Positions 35,301 to 45,815 of a stretch of DNA of 64,000 nt are shown piece by piece. Source of the DNA: Diplonema japonicum (Eukaryota; Protista; Euglenozoa: Diplonemea); the NCBI GenBank assembly GCA_964019335.1, contig OZ025649.1, forward strand, positions 62,001 through 126,000. Reading direction: 5' to 3'. How positions within the stretch are numbered: position 1 is the stretch's first letter; each line of letters opens with the position of its first letter. Under the pieces are notes generated by a model, which saw nothing but the letters and a program-made list of their open reading frames with translations, was not told the origin of the DNA and made no database searches. Both the position numbers and the translations under genes were made by a program.

Positions 35301-37201
35301 TGAGTGCTGAGCCTCCTCCACGGCCGGTTAAGAGAGCAAAGATTGCAAAGAGAGGGCTTGTTGAAGATAAGGAAGAGATCGAGGAGCTGCTGCACAAGGA
35401 AGAGGTGGACGACGATGACGAGACTGAAGATACAGAGAAGAACACCTACGAAGCGACACTCGCTGAGCTTGAGTCAGTGATCGAGAAGCAGGCAGCTGAC
35501 ATCGAGAGGCTTCATGAAGAGAGGAATGTGGCAGACAATGAGTATGCATGGTTAGAGGAAGAGCTCAACAGTGTCGAGCAGCAGTTGGACAGCGCACTGA
35601 AGGACAAGCAGCGCATTGCTGACATGCAGAAGCAGCTTGTCGAAGAGGCAACCAGTTTAGACGAAGAACTGAAAAAAGAACACAAAGAAAAAGCCAAAAA
35701 AGAGAAGGCCTACAAACAGAATGTAGAGGAGCTGGAAGAAAGACTGAAGGGATCGTGGTCTTTGTCAGAGCAGTCGGAAGAGGCACTCCGAGAAGCAAGG
35801 GTTGAACTCGCAAACGCTCAGCAAACAATCGATGATTTAGAAATGAGGCTGAATGCCCTCCTTATTAAATACGCAGAGCTTAATGAAACGAAGGCAACCA
35901 TAGAGCGCAGGAACATCGAACTTAGTGAACAAGTGTCCGACATTGTCAACAAGAACGAGATAAAGCTGGATAGTGCACAGCACCAACTGCTGACAACCAA
36001 ATTCGGGGGGATGCTGAACAAAACTAACCTTGATAAGTTCAAAAAGAAAGCTGACGATGAACAACAAGCCGTCGAAGAGCTAATGATCAAAATGAAAAAG
36101 GTATGCCACATTTGCAACATACACGAAAAACAGGACAATGAACGCCATGCGCAAGAGATGCGGCAAGTGAAGCAGCAAAACTTCTTGGAGAAGATGAAGA
36201 GAATGGAAGTAGAAGCAAAGGTATGAGAGTGGGAGAAACAAACAAACAAGCACAGGCAGCGCGTGTCACAGCAGAGAAGGAAGAGGAAAAGAGGAAGAGG
36301 AAGTTACTTGACAAACTCAGCCTCAACTTGCAGAAGAAAAGGGCAGCCGGTGAAAATCAGAAGAACAAGCTATCACAATGGGCAGAGAACGCAAGAAGGA
36401 AGAAACAAGAGGAGAAACTTGCAACGGTGCAAGCAGAGGCAGAGCGGTTAAGGCTTGAGGCGGAGACTGCTAAAGAGTCTTCAGAAAGATCGAAGCAGGA
36501 GGCAGCGGCTCTGCGTGACGAAGCAGAGAGAACAGAAGCAACGGCGAAGGTGTCGCAGGAAGAGGCAGAGCGGCTGAAGAAGGCGGCAGCAACAGAAAAG
36601 ATGACGACGGCGGCAGACATGTTGAAACTGAGGATCGCGCAAGAGAAGTGTGAGACCGACCTTAAGCTTGCTCAGGAGGCTGGGGAGAATATGAAGCGGC
36701 AGCAAGAAGAGGCACGGGAAGTTTATGAGCGAGAACAAAGAATGAAGATAGAAGCAGAGATGAAAGAACAAGCTGCGGAGGCGGAGAGAGCTGCACATGA
36801 AAGAGAAGAAGCGAGACTGCAGAGAGAAAGGGAAGAGCAAGAAAATGCTGTCGACGAGTACGACGACGACGACGACGACGACGATGATGATGATGATGAC
36901 GACGACTGTGATGATGACTTTGCAGGTGCTAGTTCGTTGCAGCGAGCATTGGCAGAACAGGCAAAGGAGTTGGAGCGGCTGATGGGGGGCAGCGTAGGAA
37001 AGAAGCATTTCTCCAAAAGCAACCGCCGCAGAAAACGGCTGAACTCCGCAGAGCGAAAGGAAAGAGTTGAGGTATCTTGTGAACAAACCACTCATGCAAT
37101 AACAGATGAAAAACGATGAGTCCACTAAAGCACACATCGTTAGACAGCGGGAAGCGAGGAATCAGCGCCATCGTCGTGCGTCTTATTCGCGCTATAGATA
37201 A
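26346..37201 (+). CDS. Giant multi-pass receptor-like protein, paralog of 4611-11885, with FN2-like module, EF-hand pair, split MIB/HERC2-like domain and long coiled-coil tail; join(26346..31868,31901..32082,32114..32234,32270..36100,36134..36220,36256..37071,37106..37201), ~3,551 aa
   Basis: Signal peptide MFRALVAATLLLHSVA. CQCYPSW..YSGC..PWCYV. CRACPEGAAC..NYWR..FYSC. WYWEAVVMLRK, YQPY..NKLEGIS. EF loops DRNNNGSLSKIE and DDDGDKEVTFDE. Six GT-AG introns join four track ORFs in frame. Confidence 0.82.
31869..31900 (+). other. Micro-intron (32 nt)
   Basis: GTATG...ACAAGCAG; restores the Cys-rich repeat CTGNT|TTGTCVSGY. Confidence 0.85.
32083..32113 (+). other. Micro-intron (31 nt)
   Basis: GTATG...CACCACCAG; opens the frame encoding TM1 (SWVAVILGFIVIFVVLLAMVL). 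Confidence 0.85.
32235..32269 (+). other. Micro-intron (35 nt)
   Basis: GTATG...CACTAAC..TTGCAG; gives IMVK|MLITHL, matching MMLKITLNHL in the paralog. Confidence 0.88.
36101..36133 (+). other. Micro-intron (33 nt, frame-preserving)
   Basis: AAG|GTATG...AAAACAG interrupting a coiled coil; no stop. Confidence 0.7.
36221..36255 (+). other. Micro-intron (35 nt)
   Basis: AAG|GTATGA...AGCACAG; joins the 36223 ORF. Confidence 0.88.
36862..36918 (+). repeat. (GAC/GAT)n microsatellite encoding poly-Asp
   Basis: Directly visible run of GAC then GAT codons. Confidence 0.85.
37072..37105 (+). other. Micro-intron (34 nt)
   Basis: GAG|GTATC...AATAACAG; extends the CDS to TAA at 37199-37201. Confidence 0.7.
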
Positions 37202-37424
37202 CTTACGTTTTCTTTTACCCCACCTTCTCACCGTACTTTGACTGTCCATCTTGAACCTAAATACACGCTGCTGAACTTTCCCCCCCTAATCTTTCATATC
37301 CATGTCATGGCAGTGCTCCTTTGCCAAGGAACATTAATATCGCCAACTCATTTGCATCTCTTTATGACGACTTTACTGTCACTACACTTCTCACGAATTT
37401 ACATTTCAATGCACGCGAGGAAAA

Positions 37425-38501
37425 ATGCTGCTCATAGTAAGTTTAGGACTTACAGTGTGGAGCACAGTGCACAACCCTATACCGCATGAAGGTGTCGCAG
37501 GGAGCAGAGCGAAGCCTGCACGGTTGAAGGGAGTTTCGAAGGGGCTGGTGGACACGGTGAACGACTGGCATTTTGCGATGATGAATGATTTTGAGCGGAA
37601 TGAAGCTTATGAAAAGGGTATGGCAGACGTGGTTGATGGAAAGGTCGTGGTCGACTTGGGTTCTGGGGGCGGGCTGCTGTCTATGTTGGCGGCGAAGCAC
37701 AAGGCGCGGCACGTATACTCTATCGAAGCCAACAAAGAAATAGTGTCTGTTTTCAAAAAGATGGTGGCGACAAACAAGCTGCCCGGGATCACGTCGCTCG
37801 AGCAGCTCTCGACACATGTTACCACCGATGACATCGGCGGGCAGAAGGCCGACGTGCTTGTCAGTGAGATCTTGGGTACCTTCCTCCTGGGCGAGTCAGC
37901 ACTCACCTACATTTACGACGCTCGCAGGAGACTTCTCAAATCAGGATCCCCGATCATTCCAGCAGGCGCCACGCAGTACGTCACCGCCGTCTCGTCCTCA
38001 CGCCTTGCCACCCTCACAAGCGTAACGTCCTGGGGGGGCTTCGACTTGACCGACTTCAACATTTTGCAAGACACCAACGAAGTTGTCTTCACGAAGGTTT
38101 ACGGCACCCACCTCAACACGCTGGGCATTCAGGAGGCTTCGCCGAGGCTGCCCGTCTTCACAGTTGACTTCGCAAAGGACATCCCGGGCACAATGCCTAC
38201 CTTCAAGGTGCTCCGTTTCACAGCCGCCTGCACCTGCACCATCCATGCTGTTGTCTACGACTGGGATGCCTGGATGGACCCCCATAAGCGAGTGAACGTA
38301 TCGACCTACAGCCCGCTCTCTAACTTCGCCCGTGACTCTGCGTGGGGGCAGGCAATCCAATTACTGGAAGACTCCGACGGCACAACCATTCCTCGACCCT
38401 TCGAAATCACCAAGGGCGAGAAGCTGGAGCTCCATATCCACGATGCAGAAGATCCTGCAAAGATACACGCAAAGCTACGACGGAGCTCAGAAGAGTTGTA
38501 G
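37425..38501 (+). CDS. Protein arginine methyltransferase-like (single PRMT7/9-type module) with hydrophobic N-terminus
   Basis: WHFAMMNDFERNEAY, VVDLGSGGGLLSMLAA, YSIEAN, double-E loop DVLVSEILGTFLLGES, IIPAGATQY, RDSAWGQA. Confidence 0.85.
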   Translation: MLLIVSLGLTVWSTVHNPIPHEGVAGSRAKPARLKGVSKGLVDTVNDWHFAMMNDFERNEAYEKGMADVVDGKVVVDLGSGGGLLSMLAAKHKARHVYSIEANKEIVSVFKKMVATNKLPGITSLEQLSTHVTTDDIGGQKADVLVSEILGTFLLGESALTYIYDARRRLLKSGSPIIPAGATQYVTAVSSSRLATLTSVTSWGGFDLTDFNILQDTNEVVFTKVYGTHLNTLGIQEASPRLPVFTVDFAKDIPGTMPTFKVLRFTAACTCTIHAVVYDWDAWMDPHKRVNVSTYSPLSNFARDSAWGQAIQLLEDSDGTTIPRPFEITKGEKLELHIHDAEDPAKIHAKLRRSSEEL

Positions 38502-38592
38502 ATCTGTTACCTAACTTTTAGTTTAGTAGTTTTTTTATTACCCATGTTTTCTCCCCGTTCCTTCAACTACATCCTAGACAGGGGGAAGGAGC

Positions 38593-41500
38593 ATGGGTGT
38601 AACCCCTGTCCTCTTCGTCTTGCTGACTTTCTCGGTGAGGGAACGGGGCAGGGTTTTGGATCACACAACGGCCGTAGGTGGTGTATTGCCCAACCACAAT
38701 CCTCTCTTCGAGAGAGGCCCCGATTTGAGGGTGCTCGAGGACAGTGGTGTGTATGGGCCGCAAGTGTGGGCTACAGGAATAGTAGATGGGGATGGCCCCC
38801 TTGTGGCAGGGCGGCTGACAGACTCAGGAAGGCAGAGTGTGGAGTTTAGATTTATATTCACAGATGTGACACTGTTTGATGGTGTGCAGGGGAGACCGAA
38901 GATGGCAGATGATGGTCTGTTGACATTCAAACCAGCCCCGGACAACTGTGGTGTGGCCACTGTGCGAGTCGAGCTGCTTGACAGTGGCACTCCCAACTGT
39001 GTCCCCGGTACTAGCTTGTCGGGCAGAACTTTTGTGTGTCCTGGAGCATGCGTGCCCACAGACTGCCACGTCTCGACACAAGCGGAGTTCTTCATTGAAG
39101 TGGTGTGCGTCAACGACCCACCTAGTTTTCAAAACCTGGGAAACCATGCTGCCGCTGAAAGCTCCGGCGAACAGATCATCACAGGCTGGGCCTATAACGT
39201 GGAGAAGGGTGCTAATCTGGGTGGGGTCACGGTTACCAACTTCGAGTTGCAGCAGTTCTTAACCTTTACTGTTACGCAGAACAGCAACCCTTCGCTGTTC
39301 TCAGCGCAGCCAAGAGTCGTTTGGGATACGAGTATGCTCTTTTATGATGCATTTACACATACTACAGGCACCCCGAGCGTTGCCGATTTGCGCTACACGC
39401 CTGCTCCAGGTGTGTGTGGCACGGCAACTGTTACAGTTAGCCTAATGGACAGTGGAGGTATGATATCCACATGAAACAATCAGCACACAACCTATAGGCA
39501 CCACCAATGGTGGACTGAACACAGCGCAGCCCGCGACCTTCGTCATTACTGTCACATGCAAGAACGACATCCCATCGTTCGTGTGCGGTCCAGGCGTAAG
39601 AATCAACGAAGACCACGGGGGGTTCCAGTCGCCCAACTGGGCTCAAGCCATCTCCACAGGCGATGGTGCCGCGAGCGGTCAACGACTGTACTTCGACTTG
39701 TTCTTCGTTGACGATGCACAGCAGCAGCTGTTCTCGGTGCTCCCTGCAGTCGACCCTGTGTCGGGGACGCTGTCCTTCACCGCCAAGCAGGATGCGAACA
39801 CATTTAATAAGGCTGTCGATGTACGCATCAGACTGCGTGACGATGCGGGTGCTGTCTCATGCGAGCCGCTTGATACATGCTGCACACTGCGCATCACCAT
39901 AGACCCTGTTAACGATCCTCCTTCGTTCACCTGCGGTAGTAGCATCACAGTTTGCGAAGACCTCATGAACTTGCCTGTCGCACCGACACCCCCTATCTAC
40001 ACAGATGGGAACAAGTGGGCGACACTCCTCAATATTGGGGCAGAAAACGAAGGGATAGGTCTCGGTGGGGAAGGGCAGCAATTTGTGTTCACCCTCACAC
40101 CTGACAAGCAGGACCTTTTTGTTGCAGGTCCGAGCATCGACGAGTACGGCACCCTCACCTTCGAGCTGGCTCCCGATGCTAATGGTGACACCTCTGTGAG
40201 TGTAGTCCTCCGAGACACGGGTAGCAACATCCCTCCCAGCCAAAACCAAGCCGCCACGTGTGAGTTTATTATTACTGTGCTTCCTGTTTCAGACGCCCCT
40301 GCTTTTGAGATACCCGGCCCTAATCCTCTTCAGACCACGGAGGACGCGCTACTGGCAGAGACAACATTTCCTTCTTTTGTAACCCGCGTGTCGCGTGGCC
40401 CTCCAGACGAGGCGGGGCAGTTTGCCTCTTTCTCGATTACAACGACCAACCCAGCAATGTTCAAGACGAGCCCCACCATCGAGCTTGACAGTGCTACGTC
40501 GGGCACACTGTCCTTTGAACTGAACGAAAATACATGTGGGCAAACAGACCTTAGTATCGTGTTACGAGATAATGGCGACCCTTCTACCTGTGGGCAGAGG
40601 GGCATGAACAGCTTCCAAACAACACACACCCTGAAAGTGGAATGCGTGAATGACCCACCAACCTTTAACTTATCGTGCGAGGCTTCAGGTTGCAACATCG
40701 TCGTGTGCGAAGACGAGTTCAGCACAGGGATGGAACCCTATTCTACATCGGGGTTTATCCAGAACCTGTACGCAGGCCCAATGGGCAAGCTCGATGAAGA
40801 CGCACAGTCCGTTACCTTCAGAGTTACTACCAGCAATGATAGGTTGTTTTCGTCTTTACCAGCAATCACACCTGCTGGTACCTTGTCATTCGTTACCGAA
40901 CCTGACACCTACGGCACTGCGACGGTAACTGTGCAAGGCATCGACGATGGTGTCCCACAGCAGACGATAACGAAACAATTCCTGATCACAATCGAGCCTG
41001 CCAATGACCCACCCTCCTTCGAGGTCACTGGGGACCTGTTAGGTACAAGAGTTCAGGAGTGCCACGCTGAGTACGGCCCGCAGTGCACCACCCCAACATC
41101 TGCGCCGTCCTGCGCTCGTGTCTTTCCTGCGTTTGCTTACGACATCAGACCCTCGAGCACCGCCAATCTGATGGAAACAAATCAAGTGGTGTCCTTTGAG
41201 GTGCTTGTCGATCAAGCAGCGGCCAACGAACTATTTTCTGTCCTCCCCACAGTGGACCCGAAGACGGGGACTCTTTCATTCACCACGAAAGTGGGTGCCA
41301 GCACTACCCAAGCTGTGGCATTGCAGATAGTGGCAACTGATAGTCTCGAGACAGACAGGCAATGCGGAGGTGTTGGCAGGACCACAAAGACAGTCATGCT
41401 GTCCATCGCGCCTGTCAACTGGAAGCCGTGTTTCACGTGCGGGCCCGATGTAGTTGTGAAAGAGGACGAGGGCCAAGTGGTCGTTGCTCAGCATGCCACC

Positions 41501-44500
41501 AATATCACTGCTGGGCCATACGAGGATATCACGCAGCAAAAAACGTTCACTCTTGTGCCTTCCAAGACAGAGCTCTTCCTAGAAGGGCCGAGAATAGACC
41601 CGTCTTCAGGATCCTTGTACTTTGTGACCAACCCAGACTACTGCGGGGAGACAGATGTGCTTGTGCACCTAGACGATGGTGAAGCGTTGCAAAGCAGGTC
41701 CACATGCTCCTTCCACATCAGCGTCACTCCTGTGAACGATGCTCCTTCGTTCAGACACAGTGATGCTGTCACTTTAAACGAGGACAGGGGTAGATATTGT
41801 CAGCAGTGGATCCACGACTCTAGCCCTGGCAACCTGGAGGGAAGGCCTGGTGGTCAATGCGAGCAGCAGTCTATCAGTTTCTTTTTAGAAGTGGTTGAAA
41901 ACCAGGACATGTTCTTGGAGCTTCCCACCCTCGATGCCGGAACGGGTGATCTGTGCTTCAGGGTAAAGGACGACGTCTGCGGAACGGCCACCTTCGAGGC
42001 GTGGGTAACCGATGATGGCGGTGTCGCGAATGGCGGCATTGACAGATCTGCACGGGTACGCTCGCAAATAGTTGTGTCTTGCATTAATGACGCCCCGTCG
42101 TTCACGCCTGGCGGTGATGTCACTGTTTGTGAAGATCAGAATGCCCACATTGTGTACAAGTGGTGCTCTGCGGAGACAACAGGCCCCCTCAACGAGCAGG
42201 CACAGACCCTATCTTTCAACGTCGCGAACAACAACCCTGACTTGTTTTTAGTGCCGCCGTACATCGTGGACTGCAGCTTGTTCTTCACACCAGCGCACAA
42301 CGCATTTGGCACGGCAAAGGTGACCGTCGACCTGTGTGACGACGGTGAGAAGTCGCTGCCGCATGTGAACTGCGCTACCAGGGTCAATGTGAATATCAAT
42401 GTGCTGCCTGTGAACGACGCCCCGAGCTTCATCAGCGGCGGGGACATCACTGTACTGGAAGACAGTGGTCCGCACGTCATCCCTACATGGGCCAGGGGGA
42501 TCAGCAAAGGGGGGAACCCAAGCGGCATTGGGTCCGAGAGGGAGCAAGAGCTGCAATTCGTGGTTACAGTTGATACTCCAAGCCTGTTTTCAAGGGCTCC
42601 TGAAATTGAGACAACGGGGGACCTTACCTTTGCTCTGACGGAACACGCCACTGGGCAGTCAATTGTCACGGCATGCGTGAAGGACACTGGCGGTACAGGT
42701 GCCCCTCCTAGCGCCTTGGCCCCTGTTTCATGTCCCAATGGCGTCGACACGTCTTGCACGACATTTGTAGTGAGAGTCACGCAGTGCAACGACCCCCCGA
42801 GCTTCACTGGCGCAGCTGCGATTGAAGTGAGCGAAGATGCTGGTCGCACTACTATCGCATCTTGGATCACATCACTTAACGCAGGCCCTGGCGAGACAAC
42901 TCAGTCTTTCATTAAAGCTGCTATCACTGTCCCTGTCGACAAGCGGTACTTGTTCTCGGAGCTCCCTATTGTCTCTTCAGTTACAGGGGATCTTACCTTC
43001 ACCACAGCCCCTAACGTCTGGGGTGCTGTCGTAGGCACGCTTGAGATACGAGATGACGGCGGCACTATTGGTGCGAACTGCTTCGACGTCGTGCGGCACA
43101 CATTCACAATCACCATCCTCCCCGTAAACGACTTCCCTTCGTTTGTCGCTGGCGGCGATGTGAGCGTCCCCGAGGACAGCCAACAATACCGTAGTGCCTG
43201 GGCGTCAATGTATGAATCACACTTGTAAGACATGCACACACAGGATAACAGCAGGCCCGTTTGAGGACGACACACAGGTAGTCTCCTTTATCGTCAGCAA
43301 CAGCAACCCGATGATCTTCATCGGACAACCGACCTTGGACTCAAATGGCGTACTCACCTTCACCCCACGTCCTGACATGCATGGGGCGAGCACTGTAAGC
43401 GTCCAGTTATATGATGGTGGCGGTGATTTCAGCACCACAGAAGCCGTGACGTTCACTATCATCGTGCGTCCCGTAAACGATCCTGCCATGTTCGTCAAAG
43501 GCCCCGACGTGACTGTTAAGGAAGGCGCAGGTTCCTGGTGCAATAAGGCATGGGCCAGTATGATTTCTTCTGGGAACCAAGAGCCTGCAATGACCTTGAC
43601 CTTTACAGTCACACCGAGGTGCTGTCCAACTTTTTTCACATCTACCCCCACAGTAGATCCTGTCACTGGTGATTTGGTATGATAGCTGCCTCAACATAAC
43701 ATAACACAACACAACACAGTGCTTCTCTCTGGCCGAAAACGTTTTTGGAGTGGTGACATTAGACGTCATACTCGCTGACAACGGCGTGAACACCGACCAA
43801 GGAAACGGCCAGTCGGCTCCGCAGTCATTCATGCTGACAATCACGCCTGTCAACGACCCTCCCTTCTTCGTGCCGAGCAGCACTATCCAGATCCTTGAAG
43901 ATTCGGGACCGCAAGTTGTTACCAACCATATGAAGCTCATCAACGCAGGGCCCTTTGAAGATGACCAAGTTCTCACCTTTACTCTGGCCTCAGACCCTGT
44001 TGGGCTCTTTGCAAGTCAACCCGCTGCCTCTGCTATCACAGGTGACGTCTCCTTCACAGCTGCACCCAACGCCAATGGCGAGGCCACCGTCAATGCAGTG
44101 ATTCGGGACAATGGTGGAACTGCAGACGGTGGGCAGGACACGTACACTGACCAGTTCGCCATTCGCATTGTGGCTGTCAACGATGCCCCGTCCTTTGTAT
44201 CTGGTGCTGACATAGAAGCGCATGAAGATGCGGGGCGTGTTGTGATCACGTCGTGGGCCTCTTCCCTCCTTCCGGGTCCCCCCGATGAGCTTGTCCAGAC
44301 TCTTACCTTCTTTTTAACACCTGTCTCCATGCAGTTGTTTGCCTCCCTGCCCACTTTGGCTGTCCCGTCCGGTGACCTCACTCTCGACTTCAAACCCGAC
44401 GCGAACGGCGTTGTGGACATTACTGTGACCCTCAAGGATGACGGCGGTGTTGAGAATGGTGGCTCCGACACGTCGGTGAGTGCCGTGTTCCGCGTGCAAG

Positions 44501-45531
44501 TCAATGCTATGAACGATGCTCCCACTTACGCAGAAGGCCCACCTGCTGTTGCTGTGGTGATGAATTCAAATAGTTATTCAGGACAGTGGGCCACAAACAT
44601 CAAGGGTGGCCCGATCGATGAAGACCAAAAGGTCACCTTCCGGGTTACTGTTACGCAGCCCTCCCTGTTCGAGGTGCAGCCTGCGGTGAACGCTGCTGGA
44701 GTGCTTACGTTCACACCAGCAACCGGTGCGAAGGGTGAGACTACCGCTGTAGTGATCGCAGAAGATTCTGACGGTGCAACGAGCGTGCCACGGTCAATCA
44801 GGATCGTAGTTAGCCCCTCACCGCCCACGTTGATTAGGGCTGTTCTCAACCAAGAATTCAGCAGCTTCTCGTATGCGAAGTTCAAGACCACTGTAGCTGA
44901 GGCACTCCAGGTCCCTGAAACACGTGTTTTAGTTACTGGTATCGAGCCCGGGTCTGTGGTTGTGGACTTCATGTTCGCAGAGAAAGAAGACACCGCCACG
45001 AGCAGTCCTTCTTCAAAGACTCTAACAGACAGCTTTTTGGCGATGGTTAAGAACGGTGCTTTCAGAACGGAGCTAGCTCTACTTGAAGCGTATCCGAGAA
45101 CTAATGTGTCACAACCTCCTAACTCGGCAAGCAGCGGGGGGTTGGATGATGCGTACGTGGCTGTGATTGTGGTGGTGGTGGTAGTGACGTTGTGTGCAGC
45201 AGCGGGCGTAGCGTTCGCGTGCTACAGAAGGAAAGCGAGCAAAGACGCTAGAATGGAGAATGAAGCATCTTCGGCTGCAGCATCCATTCAGGCATCTGGA
45301 AATCTGCCTGTCATGAAGTCATGCCCCCTGCCAGACACTTTACCAGATGTGCAGGAGAATCCCCTTCAGGGTGTCTTCACGTATCCCTCCACATCTGCAC
45401 GCACCCAGACTACTATTATGAACCAGTCCAGCCAGTACCCCTATCCTAACGAGGAGGCCGAGTCAGAGTACACCGACTCCGTCATCATCTACCCTGAGTC
45501 GCCGGAGGTGCGCGGCGCATCACTTGGGTAG
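38593..45531 (+). CDS. Type I membrane adhesin with ~17 bacterial-style cadherin/Ig-like (VNDxP) repeats and a SEA-like module; join(38593..39331,39368..39457,39498..43209,43244..43676,43720..45531), ~2,261 aa
   Basis: Repeated ~115-130 aa units xVNDAPSF..EDxG..GDLTFT..DDGG. FKTTVAEAL..IEPGSVVVDF. TM AYVAVIVVVVVVTLCAAAGVAFACY followed by RRK. Four introns join four track ORFs. Confidence 0.85.
39332..39367 (+). other. Micro-intron (36 nt, frame-preserving)
   Basis: GTATG...ATACTACAG; removal shortens the repeat toward the consensus of the other units. Confidence 0.72.
39458..39497 (+). other. Micro-intron (40 nt)
   Basis: GTATG...CCTATAG; restores the DSGGTTNGG motif. Confidence 0.88.
43210..43243 (+). 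other. Micro-intron (34 nt)
   Basis: GTATG...ACACACAG; restores WASMITAGP. Confidence 0.9.
43677..43719 (+). other. Micro-intron (43 nt)
   Basis: GTATG...(CAACA)n..CAG; restores TGDL|CFS. Confidence 0.9.
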
Positions 45532-45759
45532 GTTTCGTGAGTTTTTGTTCTTTTGTTTTTTAGGCGATCCTGTCACATACTGCAGGTTCCCTTCAAAGAC
45601 ATCTTTTTTTTATACTTTTTCTGTTTTCGTTCTCTTATCCTTTTCCCGTTGTCATTTTGTTAGATTGTTAGAAACATTATTTAGTATTATAGAGATAACA
45701 CCCTCCCTGCCCTGCCACACCCTCCCTGCCCTGCCCCGTTGTTAGAGTTATTAGCCGTT

Positions 45760-45797
45760 TTTATTTACCTTCCAACGCCTTCTTTCATTGCCCACAG
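45760..45797 (+). promoter_or_regulatory. Putative spliced-leader trans-splice acceptor (example)
   Basis: Pyrimidine-rich tract ending CCCACAG 18 nt before ATG 45816. Similar AGs end at 4598, 13862, 15680, 26340, 38581, 54124, 55744, 57562, 59373 and 63416. Confidence 0.55.
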
Positions 45798-45815
45798 GTT
45801 ATTCCTACATAATTG

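Noticed and set aside
38635-38677. Possible GTGAG..GTAG intron after the adhesin signal peptide
   Set aside because: Removing these 43 nt shifts the frame into a stop, whereas the unspliced frame is open.
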